The notes beneath the pieces are model-generated. The model did not search any database. It saw only the letters and a list, made by a program, of their open reading frames with translations, and had not been told where the DNA came from. Of a DNA stretch of 64,000 nt, positions 44,347 to 54,405 are shown piece by piece. Numbering within the stretch: the stretch's first letter is position 1; each line of letters opens with the position of its first letter. Source of the DNA: Minisyncoccota bacterium (lineage in GTDB: Bacteria > Patescibacteriota > Minisyncoccia > Phycocordibacterales > UBA9973); assembly GCA_041666045.1 (NCBI GenBank), contig JBAYHR010000003.1:2208-66207 (forward strand), read 5' to 3'. A program made the translations under genes and the position numbers.

Positions 44347-47300
44347 ATGCAAACACAAACCAAGCGTCCAAAGAAGTATTTTTCAAGGTATAAGAAGCCA
44401 TTAATAGAATTTCCTAATTTGATAGAAGCGCAAGTAAAATCTTTTAAATGGTTAGTAGAAACTGGCATAGGGGAAGTGTTTAAAGAATTTTCCCCAATCT
44501 CTGATTATTCCGGTAAAAAATTTCAACTTGATTTTACATCTTTCTCTCTTGGTGAACCTAAGTTTGATGAAGGTAATGCAAAAATAAACAAGCTCTCCTA
44601 CGAAGGTCTTTTAAAAGCTCGTGTGAAATTAACAAATAAAATTTTAGGAACTGTTAAAGAACAGGAGATTTTTATATCTGAGATGCCTTTGATGACATCA
44701 CACGGAACTTTTATAATAAATGGTGTTGAGCGTGTTATTGTCCCTCAGCTTGCCAGATCTTTCGGTGTATTTTTTACAGAATCTGAAAGTAAAGGTAAGA
44801 GATATTTTGGCGCAAAAGTTATTCCTGCTCGTGGAGTTTGGATTGAAATAGAATCTGAATCTGATGGAGGAATTTATATAAGAATAGATAAAAAGAGAAA
44901 GTTTCCAGCAACTGCATTACTTCGTGCGATGGGTTTTCACTCTGATGAAATGATATTAAAAGCATTTGGAAAAAATGCTACTTACGAAGAAGCTATGAAA
45001 GCTTGTTTAGCCAAAGATCCAGCTAAGACTGTGAACGATGCGTATATTGAAATATATAAACGTTTAAGAGACGGAGATATGGCGACAGCTGATAATGCTA
45101 AAGAATTTTTCGATGCATTATTTACTTCAGAAAGATATGACCTTTCTCCAGTTGGAAGATTTCGTTTTAATAAAAGATTTGAAAAGCCAATGGATGAGGT
45201 GGAATTATTAAGAAGAACTATTTCAAAAGAAGATTTAATTACTGTATTTAGTAATATTATAGATTTAAATAATGATCCACAAGCTAAAGCAGACGATATA
45301 GATCACTTGGGTCAAAGACGTGTGCGTTTCGTTGGAGAAATGCTTCAACAAAAAATTCGTACAGGTATGATGCAAATTAAGAGAAATATTCAAGACAGAA
45401 TGTCTACTATTGATGTTGATACTGCAATGCCTATACAAATAATAAATCAGCGTCCACTACAAGCTCGTATTAAAGAATTTTTCACAACAAACCAACTTTC
45501 ACAATTTATGGCACAGGAAAATGTGCTTTATGAGATGGAACATTTGCGTACTTTGTCAGCGCTTGGACCCGGAGGTCTCACACGTGAAAGAGCAGGACTA
45601 GAAGTTCGTGACGTGCATCCTTCTCACTATGGAAGAGTTTGTCCTATACACACACCAGAAGGTCCAAACATTGGACTTATTTTACATATTTCTACTTATG
45701 CAAAAATAAATGATTTTGGAATTATTGAAACTCCTTATATAAAAGTAAAAAATGGAAAGATTACAGGAGAAGTTGTTTATTTAAACGCTCTTGAAGAAGA
45801 AAAATACAATATTGCGCATGCTGGAATTCCTTACGATGAAGATGGAAAAATAACAGAAGATAAAGTTGAAGCTAGAGTAAAAACTGTACCAGGTATGATT
45901 TCAAAAAATGAAGTTGATTTTATTGATGTTGCTACAAATCAAGCTTTTTCTATTGCAACATCTTTAATTCCATTTCTAGAACACAATGATGCAAACCGTG
46001 CACTCATGGGATCAAACATGCAGAAGCAAGCAGTTCCATGTGTATTGCCTGAAGCGCCACTCGTTGCAACAGGTGTTGAAGAATTAGCATCACGTGATTC
46101 AGGTAGATTGGTAATAGCTATAGAAGAAGGAGTAGTTTCTTATTTAGATGCTAAAAAAATAATAGTAAAAGGAAAATCTGAAAAAACATATCCACTTGTT
46201 AATTTTTTAAGAAACAATAATTTCTCCGCATTTCATCAGAGACCAGCAGTAAACATAGGGGATAAGGTTAAAAAAGGTGATGTGTTAGCAGACACTTCAA
46301 GTACAGTAAGCGGACAGATTTCAATCGGACAAAATATTTTTGTTGCGTTTTTATCATGGAGTGGATCAAACTATGAAGACGCTATAATAGTTTCTGAAAG
46401 ATTAGTTAAAAATAGCAAATTTACTTCTATTTACGTAGAAGAATTTATTTGTACAGTTCGTGATACAAAACTTGGACCTGAAATAACAACTCGTGATATT
46501 CCAAACATTGGTGAACTTAAACTTAAAGATCTAGATGAAGATGGAATAGTTCGTGTTGGAGCAGAAGTTCGCGAGAATGATATTTTGGTTGGTAAAATTA
46601 CTCCAAAAGGTGAGAGTGAATTAACTCCTGAAGAAAGATTGCTTCGTTCCATCTTTGCTGAAAAAGCTCGTGATGTAAAAGATACATCATTGCGCATGGA
46701 ACATGGAAAACGTGGACGTATTATTGGTGTGAAAATTTTCTCACGTGATTTAGGACATTCTCTTGAAGCAGGAATTATTAAAAAAATAGTAATAGAAGTT
46801 GCTCAAATAAGAAATATTTCTGTTGGAGACAAGCTTTCTGGACGACACGGAAACAAAGGTGTTATATCAACAATTCTTCCAGAAGAAGATATGCCATATA
46901 TGGCAGATGGTACACCAGTAGATATTATTCTTTCACCACTCGGTGTTCCTTCTCGTATGAACTTGGGACAGATTTTAGAAATACACCTTGGTATGGCTGC
47001 AAATAGTTTAGGATATCAAGCTATCGTTCCTCCATTTTTAGGAGCAAAACATGAAGAAATAAGTGAAGAATTAAAGAAAGCAGGTCTTCCAGAAAATGGC
47101 AAGATGAAACTTTTTGACGGACGAACAGGAGAGAGTTTTAATCAAGATGTAGCTGTTGGTTATATGTATATGTTGAAACTTCACCACATGGTTGAAGATA
47201 AAATACATATGCGTTCAATAGGTCCTTACTCTTTGATTACTCAACAGCCACTTGGAGGAAAGGCTCAAGGTGGAGGACAAAGATTCGGAGAAATGGAAGT

Positions 47301-47520
47301 GTGGGCGCTTGAAGGTTATGGCGCATCTTATACGCTTCGTGAAATGTTAACTATTAAGTCTGATGATATTATGGGTCGATCTGCAACTTTTGATTCTATT
47401 ATAAAAAATGAAGTTATTAAATCACCAAATTCTCCAGCTTCATTTAATGTGATGTTAAATTATTTAAGAGGACTTGCGCTTGATGTAAGTTTGAATAAAT
47501 CTTCTTCAGATAAAGAGTAA
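44347..47520 (+). CDS. rpoB: DNA-directed RNA polymerase subunit beta
   Basis: Canonical RpoB blocks throughout, for example GPGGLTRERAGLEVRDVHPSHYGRVCPI. Confidence 0.95.
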   Translation: MQTQTKRPKKYFSRYKKPLIEFPNLIEAQVKSFKWLVETGIGEVFKEFSPISDYSGKKFQLDFTSFSLGEPKFDEGNAKINKLSYEGLLKARVKLTNKILGTVKEQEIFISEMPLMTSHGTFIINGVERVIVPQLARSFGVFFTESESKGKRYFGAKVIPARGVWIEIESESDGGIYIRIDKKRKFPATALLRAMGFHSDEMILKAFGKNATYEEAMKACLAKDPAKTVNDAYIEIYKRLRDGDMATADNAKEFFDALFTSERYDLSPVGRFRFNKRFEKPMDEVELLRRTISKEDLITVFSNIIDLNNDPQAKADDIDHLGQRRVRFVGEMLQQKIRTGMMQIKRNIQDRMSTIDVDTAMPIQIINQRPLQARIKEFFTTNQLSQFMAQENVLYEMEHLRTLSALGPGGLTRERAGLEVRDVHPSHYGRVCPIHTPEGPNIGLILHISTYAKINDFGIIETPYIKVKNGKITGEVVYLNALEEEKYNIAHAGIPYDEDGKITEDKVEARVKTVPGMISKNEVDFIDVATNQAFSIATSLIPFLEHNDANRALMGSNMQKQAVPCVLPEAPLVATGVEELASRDSGRLVIAIEEGVVSYLDAKKIIVKGKSEKTYPLVNFLRNNNFSAFHQRPAVNIGDKVKKGDVLADTSSTVSGQISIGQNIFVAFLSWSGSNYEDAIIVSERLVKNSKFTSIYVEEFICTVRDTKLGPEITTRDIPNIGELKLKDLDEDGIVRVGAEVRENDILVGKITPKGESELTPEERLLRSIFAEKARDVKDTSLRMEHGKRGRIIGVKIFSRDLGHSLEAGIIKKIVIEVAQIRNISVGDKLSGRHGNKGVISTILPEEDMPYMADGTPVDIILSPLGVPSRMNLGQILEIHLGMAANSLGYQAIVPPFLGAKHEEISEELKKAGLPENGKMKLFDGRTGESFNQDVAVGYMYMLKLHHMVEDKIHMRSIGPYSLITQQPLGGKAQGGGQRFGEMEVWALEGYGASYTLREMLTIKSDDIMGRSATFDSIIKNEVIKSPNSPASFNVMLNYLRGLALDVSLNKSSSDKE

Positions 47521-47552
47521 AAATATTAAGAATAAAAAATAAATTAAAATAT

Positions 47553-50500
47553 ATGAAAACTTTAAATACAACTGAATTTGATAACATTACATTAAGACTT
47601 GCTTCACCTGAGCAAATTAAAGAATGGTCTTATGGGGAAGTTACTAAGCCTGAAACGATAAATTATCGTACAGGCAGATCTGAACGTGGCGGTCTCTTTG
47701 ACGAAAAGATATTCGGTCCAGAAAAAGATTACGAATGTTATTGTGGAAAATATCGCAGGATTCGTTATAAAGATATTATTTGTGAAAAATGCGGAGTTGA
47801 GGTTACTCGTTCTGCTGTAAGACGTGAGAGAATGGGGCATATTGAACTTTCTACACCAGTTTCTCATATTTGGTTTTTGCGTGGGGTGCCATCTAGAATG
47901 AGTATTCTTCTTAATATTTCTGTTTCTGATCTTGAAAAGGTAATTTATTTTGCTGGATATATAATTACTGAAGTTTTTGAAAAAGAAAAAGAAATAATTA
48001 TTCAAAATTTGGATAAAGAATATAAAGTTAAATTAAAAAATTCTGCAGATGATGACACTCGTGAAAAATTAAAAACATTACTTTCTATTACGAAAAAAGA
48101 GATTGGGGAAATTTATGAAGGAAAAGTTTTAAATGAAATTTCATTTCACCATTATTCCTTAAAATATGGTACATGCTTTGAAGCAAATATTGGCGCTGAA
48201 GCTATTTATTCTATTTTTAAGAATTTAGATTTAAATAAACTTAAAATTCTTACCGAGACGATGATTGAAAAATCTAGTGTTGCAGAAAAAGAAAAATTAC
48301 AAAAAAGACTTTCTCTTATTAGGGCTATGACATATGCCGGTATTCGTCCAGAATGGATGTTTCTTACTATTATTCCAGTTATTCCACCAGTTCTTCGTCC
48401 AATGGTTGCGCTTGATGGAGGACGTCATGCTACAAGCGATTTAAATGATCTTTACAGACGCGTGATAAACAGAAATAATCGTTTGAAGAAATTGAAAGAA
48501 ATAAATGCTCCAGATGTAATTTTAAGAAATGAAAAAAGAATCATTCAAGAAGCAGTAGATGCTTTAATTGATAACTCTATAGCAAAACAAAATGATTCTG
48601 CTGCTATGAGTCAATCTCAAAAGCGTCCATTGAAATCATTGTCTGACAATTTGAAATCGAAGCAAGGTCTTTTCCGTCAAAACTTGCTTGGTAAGCGTGT
48701 AGATTATTCTGGACGTTCCGTTATTGTTGTTGGTCCTCAGCTTAAATTAAATCAGTGTGGTTTGCCAAAACATATGGCTCTTGAGCTTTTCAAACCTTTC
48801 GTAATTTCAAAAATCTTACAAGCAGAATTAGCATTCAATATTCGTGGAGCTAATAAATTAATAGAAGAGAGAACACCAGAAGTTTGGGCAATGCTTGAAG
48901 AAGTGATACAAGGTAAATATGTTCTTTTAAACCGCGCTCCAACTTTGCACCGTTTGGGTATTCAAGCTTTCAATCCTATTCTTATTGAGGGTAATGCTGT
49001 TCAAGTGCATCCCCTTGTTTGTCAGGCTTTTAATGCGGACTTCGATGGAGACCAGATGGCTGTTTATCTTCCTCTTTCAGAAGAAGCGCAAAATGAAGCA
49101 AAAGAATTAATGGCTGCAAATAAGAACTTACTTAAACCTCAAAATGGAGATCCAATAGTTCATCCAAGTAAGGATATGGTTTTAGGTTCTTATTGGATGA
49201 CAAAATCTGTTGATGGAGAACCTGGAGAAGGAAAGTATTTTTCAAGTCCAAATGTGGCTATTACTGCATATAAATTTGGGGTTGTTTCTCTTAGAGCAAA
49301 AATTAAAGTAATGGCTACTGATACTATTAAGTATAAAAAATTTAATGGTGAAATTTTTGAAACATCTGTTGGAAAACTTTTATTCAATAGTATTTTGCCA
49401 AAAGATTTTGCTTATGTTACAGAGGAAATGACTCAAAAGAGATTGTCTTCGCTTGTTGATGAACTTATTATGTTTTATGGTGTTGATAAGACTCCACCAA
49501 TATTGGATAAAATTAAAGAATTTGGTTTTAAATATTCAACAGTTTCTGGTACGACTTGGGGATTAGACAATGTTAAAGTTCCAGTAGAAAAACCAAAAAT
49601 AATAGCTGACAGTAAAAAACTTGAAGATGAAGTTATTTCTCAATGGAGCGATGGTCTTTTGTCTTTAGATGAAAGATATCAAAAGATTATTGAAATCTGG
49701 ACTCAAGCTAAAAAGAATTTAGAAAAAGTTTTACCGAATACTCTTGATAAAAATGGTTCAACTTATGATTTGTTTACTTCTGGAGCTCGTGGAACTATGA
49801 CAAGTTTAGTTCAGATGACAGGTATGAAAGGACTTATCCAAAACAATCAAGGAAAGACATTGGAATTTCCTATTATTCCTTGTTATCACGAAGGACTTTC
49901 TCCAATTCAATATTTCGTTACTACTCACGGTGCTCGTAAGGGTGCTTCAGACACAGCTTTAAATACCGCTAAAGCTGGATATCTAACTCGTAGATTAGTT
50001 GATGTTGCGCAAGATGTTGTAATAACAGAAGAAGATTGTGGTACAAAAGAAGGTAAAATAGTAAAACGAGAAAATATTTCTGGAATTGAAATTCCACTTT
50101 CAAAAAATATTCGTGGACGTGTTTTAGCAACTGATCTTAAAGATAAAAATGGAAATGTGGCTTATAAAAAAGGATTTTTAATTACTAAAGAAGAAGCATA
50201 TAATATTGAAGGAGCAGGATTTACTGAAGTATTCGTTCGTTCTCCTTTAACTTGTCGCACTACTCATGGTATTTGTCAGATGTGTTACGGATTGGATTTG
50301 GGAAGAAATCATTTAGTTGATTTGGGAGAAGCTGTAGGCATAATCGCAGCGCAAGCTATCGGTGAACCAGGCACACAGCTTACACTTCGTACATTTCATG
50401 CTGGAGGAGTCGCAGGTACTGACATCACTACAGGTCTTCCACGTATTGAAGAAATTTTTGAAAGAAGAATTCCAAAGAATCCGGCAGTTGTTTCTCAAAC

Positions 50501-51164
50501 AGATGGAGAAGTTATTGAAATTAAAGATAAAGATGGAAAAGAAAAAATCATAAAAGTTCTTTCAGATTCAAAAGTTGATGGAAAACCAAATGAAATAGAA
50601 TATGTTGCGCCATTCAGAAGAATACCTTTAATTAAAGTTGGCAGTAAAATTAAGAAAGGAGAACTTCTAACAGACGGATCTGCTGATATTGCCGAAATAT
50701 TCAAATATGGAAATAAAGAATTGGTGGAAGAATATATAATTAGAGAAATAAATAAAGTTTACGAATTACAAAGCGCGTCTATTGCAAGAAAGCATACAGA
50801 GATAATTGTCCGTCAAATGTTCTCACGCAGGAAAATAAAAGATACTGGTGAAACTAATTTCTCTATCGGTGATATTGTTGAAAATTCTGCGCTTATTGAA
50901 GAAAATGAAAGAGTTGCTAAAAATGATGGAAAACAAGCTAAAGCTGAAATAATAGCGCTTGGTATTACGGAAGTATCTCTACGCACTAAGAGTTGGTTGT
51001 CTGCCGCTTCATTCCAAAATACAAATAGAGTTCTTATTGAAAATGCCATTAAAGGCGGAGTAGATTATCTAAGAGGATTAAAAGAAAATGTTATTATTGG
51101 ACGCTTAATTCCAGCAGGAACTGGATTTAAGAAGAATGCAGTTTCATCTGCAAAAGAAGAATAA
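47553..51164 (+). CDS. rpoC: DNA-directed RNA polymerase subunit beta'
   Basis: Zn finger CxxC...CxxC. Catalytic NADFDGDQMAV. Trigger loop and bridge helix regions present. Confidence 0.95.
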   Translation: MKTLNTTEFDNITLRLASPEQIKEWSYGEVTKPETINYRTGRSERGGLFDEKIFGPEKDYECYCGKYRRIRYKDIICEKCGVEVTRSAVRRERMGHIELSTPVSHIWFLRGVPSRMSILLNISVSDLEKVIYFAGYIITEVFEKEKEIIIQNLDKEYKVKLKNSADDDTREKLKTLLSITKKEIGEIYEGKVLNEISFHHYSLKYGTCFEANIGAEAIYSIFKNLDLNKLKILTETMIEKSSVAEKEKLQKRLSLIRAMTYAGIRPEWMFLTIIPVIPPVLRPMVALDGGRHATSDLNDLYRRVINRNNRLKKLKEINAPDVILRNEKRIIQEAVDALIDNSIAKQNDSAAMSQSQKRPLKSLSDNLKSKQGLFRQNLLGKRVDYSGRSVIVVGPQLKLNQCGLPKHMALELFKPFVISKILQAELAFNIRGANKLIEERTPEVWAMLEEVIQGKYVLLNRAPTLHRLGIQAFNPILIEGNAVQVHPLVCQAFNADFDGDQMAVYLPLSEEAQNEAKELMAANKNLLKPQNGDPIVHPSKDMVLGSYWMTKSVDGEPGEGKYFSSPNVAITAYKFGVVSLRAKIKVMATDTIKYKKFNGEIFETSVGKLLFNSILPKDFAYVTEEMTQKRLSSLVDELIMFYGVDKTPPILDKIKEFGFKYSTVSGTTWGLDNVKVPVEKPKIIADSKKLEDEVISQWSDGLLSLDERYQKIIEIWTQAKKNLEKVLPNTLDKNGSTYDLFTSGARGTMTSLVQMTGMKGLIQNNQGKTLEFPIIPCYHEGLSPIQYFVTTHGARKGASDTALNTAKAGYLTRRLVDVAQDVVITEEDCGTKEGKIVKRENISGIEIPLSKNIRGRVLATDLKDKNGNVAYKKGFLITKEEAYNIEGAGFTEVFVRSPLTCRTTHGICQMCYGLDLGRNHLVDLGEAVGIIAAQAIGEPGTQLTLRTFHAGGVAGTDITTGLPRIEEIFERRIPKNPAVVSQTDGEVIEIKDKDGKEKIIKVLSDSKVDGKPNEIEYVAPFRRIPLIKVGSKIKKGELLTDGSADIAEIFKYGNKELVEEYIIREINKVYELQSASIARKHTEIIVRQMFSRRKIKDTGETNFSIGDIVENSALIEENERVAKNDGKQAKAEIIALGITEVSLRTKSWLSAASFQNTNRVLIENAIKGGVDYLRGLKENVIIGRLIPAGTGFKKNAVSSAKEE

Positions 51165-51177
51165 TTTTTAATTATTT

Positions 51178-52935
51178 ATGAACTCTCCAGTACAACAAAT
51201 TAAGGAGAGGCTTTCGATAGAAGATGTAGTCTCTTCATATATAAAATTAGATCGTGTTGGCTCAAATTTAAAAGCCAAATGTCCTTTTCACAATGAGAAA
51301 ACACCATCCTTTTTTATTTCTCCTGACCGGGGAGGCTATTATTGTTTTGGTTGCGGAGCAAAAGGAGATATTTTTACTTTTGTTGAAGAATTTGAAGGAC
51401 TTGATTTTAAAGGCACGCTTAAACTTTTAGCAGACAAAGCTGGAATTAAACTTGATGATTATAATTTTAAAGATGAAAGTGAAAAAGAAAAATTATACAG
51501 AGCGATGGAAGAAGCAACGAAGTTTTTTGAAAATAATTTAGTTGGGAATAAAGATGTATTAAATTATTTAAAATTACGTGGTTTAGAAGATAAAACGATA
51601 AAAAATTTCAGAATTGGTTTTGCAAATAATGATTGGCGTTTACTTTTTAATTATTTAAAATCAAAAAACTTTAGTGATAAAGAAATAGAACTTGCTGGGC
51701 TTGCTAAAAAACCTGATGACAAAAGCAAAGCCATGTATGATAGATTTAGGGGTAGAATAATGTTTCCAATTTCGGATTCAAGTGGGAGAGTGATAGCTTT
51801 TTCTGGAAGGATTTTTATTGACGACGGAAAGTCAGCAAAATATCTAAACAGTCCTGAAACTCCAATTTTTAGTAAGTCCGCAGTGTTATATGGTTTAGAT
51901 AAAGCAAAAGAATCAATTCGCAAGAATAATTTTTCTATTTTAGTTGAAGGACAATTTGATTTAATATTGTCTCATCAAGCAGGATTTAGGAATACAGTTG
52001 CCACTTCTGGCACAGCTCTTTCAGATTCTACTTTATCTAAAGAAAAAGTTGTTTCTAATTTAGGCTTGATTCGTCGTCTTTCAGGCAATATTGTACTCGC
52101 TTTTGATGCAGATAAAGCGGGATTTAGTGCGGTTAATCGTGCTAGTAAAATCGCTTTATCTTTTGGAATGGATGTGAAAGTGGCTTCTATGGATGATGGT
52201 GTTGATCCAGCTGATTTGATTTCTAAAGGTGGTAATGATAAATGGAAAGAAGCCATTAAAAATTCAAAACATATAATAGAATTTCTTTTAGATAAAGTTT
52301 TAAAAAATTACGGAAATGATATGCGTAAGGCCGGGAGAGAAATAAAAGAAAAAATATTACCTTATGTGAATGCTTTGGATAGTTCAATTGAAAAAATGCA
52401 TTTTATAAAAAAAATAAGTGATGCGTCTCAAATACCAGAACAAGCTTTAAAAGATGATTTGAAAAAAGTTGAAGAAGAATTAAAATATGAAATAAGAGAA
52501 ATAAAAGATATAAAAGAAGTTGAAAAAAATATTTTTAAAAAAGACAATATATTACACAGATTATTAGGAATAATACTTTGGCAAGAGACATTAGTAGAAA
52601 AAATAGTTGATTTTGAAAGTATTTTAAAAGAAATTGCAGATACTTTAAATAGTACATCAGAAAAAGTATTAGAAAAAACGAAAGATAATAGAGAAGACTT
52701 GATTTTTGAAGCAGAAGTTTTTTATGGCAAAGATGCTGATTTAAAAAAGGATGTTAGAGAATTACTTAATAATTTTAAAGAAGAATATTTAAAAGAAGAA
52801 TTATTTTGTAAAATGAAAGAATTGCATATATCTGAGATAGAGAAAGATAAGTTAAAATCAATTGAAATTTTAAAAGAAATAAATATTATAAATAATAAAA
52901 TACAAAATATTAAAAATGGTCGTTTAAATAAATAA
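51178..52935 (+). CDS. dnaG: DNA primase
   Basis: Zn ribbon CPFHNEKTPSF...CFGCGAKGD. TOPRIM (EGQFDLI, DADKAGF). Confidence 0.9.
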   Translation: MNSPVQQIKERLSIEDVVSSYIKLDRVGSNLKAKCPFHNEKTPSFFISPDRGGYYCFGCGAKGDIFTFVEEFEGLDFKGTLKLLADKAGIKLDDYNFKDESEKEKLYRAMEEATKFFENNLVGNKDVLNYLKLRGLEDKTIKNFRIGFANNDWRLLFNYLKSKNFSDKEIELAGLAKKPDDKSKAMYDRFRGRIMFPISDSSGRVIAFSGRIFIDDGKSAKYLNSPETPIFSKSAVLYGLDKAKESIRKNNFSILVEGQFDLILSHQAGFRNTVATSGTALSDSTLSKEKVVSNLGLIRRLSGNIVLAFDADKAGFSAVNRASKIALSFGMDVKVASMDDGVDPADLISKGGNDKWKEAIKNSKHIIEFLLDKVLKNYGNDMRKAGREIKEKILPYVNALDSSIEKMHFIKKISDASQIPEQALKDDLKKVEEELKYEIREIKDIKEVEKNIFKKDNILHRLLGIILWQETLVEKIVDFESILKEIADTLNSTSEKVLEKTKDNREDLIFEAEVFYGKDADLKKDVRELLNNFKEEYLKEELFCKMKELHISEIEKDKLKSIEILKEINIINNKIQNIKNGRLNK

Positions 52936-52948
52936 AATTAATTTATGA

Positions 52949-53069
52949 ATCCCGTTAGAAATCAAAAAGTTAAGTAATTTTTCACGGGATAAATAATTAT
53001 GGAGTATATAAAAGTCATTATTAATAAATTAACTACGGAGATCTAAAGATTTCCTATTTCTAACGGGAT
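52949..53069 (+). repeat. intergenic copy of the CCCGTTAGAAAT inverted-repeat element, with the right arm overlapping the rpoD start codon
   Basis: Perfect 14-bp arms ATCCCGTTAGAAAT / ATTTCTAACGGGAT, 93 nt apart. A partial extra right-arm copy (TCACGGGAT) lies inside. Confidence 0.75.
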
Positions 53070-54279
53070 GAAAAAAATAAAAGTAAAAAAAGTAAATAAG
53101 AAACCAAAAACAAAAGCTAAAAAAATTGTTAAAAAAGCTAAAAAAAGTATTAAGAAAGTAAAAAAAGTTTTATCAAAGAAAGATAATAATAAAAAATTAA
53201 CCGCAGCAGAAAAAAAAGTTAAAGAATTTACACATTTAGCAGATGAGCTTATAGAAAAGGGACGTAAAAGAGGATTTATCATCTATGATGAAATATTAAA
53301 AACTTTTCCTGATATTGAAAATAATATTTTATTTTTAGATGAACTTTATGAGAAATTTAGTGTTGTTGGTGTTGATGTTTTAGAAGGAGGTAATTTGCTT
53401 AATCTTGATAATGATATTAATGATAAGGATTTAAATAAATCAACTATTCATGATTCCATACAAATGTATCTTAAAGAAATCGGTCAATATCCGCTTATTC
53501 ATGCCAGTGACGAAAAAGATTTAGCAAAACGTATAGAAAATGGAGATGAAGAAGCAAAAAATTTACTTGCTCGCGCAAACTTACGTTTAGTTGTTTCAAT
53601 TGCAAAAAAATATGTTGGCAGAAGCGCCAATCTAAGTCTGCTTGATTTAATTCAAGAAGGGAATTTGGGTTTATTTAAGGCTGTTGAAAAGTTTGATTGG
53701 ACAAAAGGATATAAATTTTCCACTTATGCCACTTGGTGGATTCGTCAGTCTATAACTCGCGCATTAGCTGATCAATCTAGAACTATTCGTATTCCAGTGC
53801 ATATGGTTGAAACTATTTCAAAATATAAACAAGTGCACAGAAGACTTAGTCAGGATTTAGGCAGAGAGCCATTAGCAGAAGAAATTGCAACTGAAATGGG
53901 AATACCAGTTGAAAAAATTCATGTTATAGAAAATATAAGTCAGGAAACAATTTCACTTGAACAACCTATTGGAGATGATGACGATAAATCAACATTAGAG
54001 AATTTTATTCCAGATGATAAAATTTTGCGTCCAGATCAAGATTCTTCTCGCAGGATTCTTTCTGATCAAATTCGTGAAGTTTTAAATGAACTTAATCCAA
54101 AAGAAAGAAAAATTCTTGAAATGCGTTATGGCTTGATTGATGGTATACAGCATACATTAGAGAGAGTAGGGGAAGAATTTGGAGTTACTCGTGAGCGTAT
54201 TCGTCAGATTGAAGCAAAGGTGCACGAAAAACTTCGTCATCATGAAAAAATCGCTCGCTTAAAAAATTATTTTGATTAA
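53068..54279 (+). CDS. rpoD: RNA polymerase sigma factor RpoD-like (sigma-70 family, group 1/2) with K-rich N-terminus
   Basis: Region 2 ([24 protein letters not shown]). Region 3. Region 4 ([26 protein letters not shown]). Position after dnaG. Confidence 0.9.
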   Translation: MKKIKVKKVNKKPKTKAKKIVKKAKKSIKKVKKVLSKKDNNKKLTAAEKKVKEFTHLADELIEKGRKRGFIIYDEILKTFPDIENNILFLDELYEKFSVVGVDVLEGGNLLNLDNDINDKDLNKSTIHDSIQMYLKEIGQYPLIHASDEKDLAKRIENGDEEAKNLLARANLRLVVSIAKKYVGRSANLSLLDLIQEGNLGLFKAVEKFDWTKGYKFSTYATWWIRQSITRALADQSRTIRIPVHMVETISKYKQVHRRLSQDLGREPLAEEIATEMGIPVEKIHVIENISQETISLEQPIGDDDDKSTLENFIPDDKILRPDQDSSRRILSDQIREVLNELNPKERKILEMRYGLIDGIQHTLERVGEEFGVTRERIRQIEAKVHEKLRHHEKIARLKNYFD

Positions 54280-54363
54280 ATAAAAAGATTGTGAATTAGA
54301 CTACGAATTTGTTATAATTTACTTATAAATTTTTTATGTATGAACAAAATTTAACCACAAATC

Positions 54364-54382
54364 GAGAGAGAGAGAGAGAGAG
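54364..54382 (+). repeat. (GA)9 dinucleotide microsatellite upstream of the large surface-protein gene
   Basis: GAGAGAGAGAGAGAGAGAG lies 24 nt upstream of the TTG at 54406. Confidence 0.9.
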
Positions 54383-54405
54383 TAGCTTCAGCTCTAAAAA
54401 TATTT

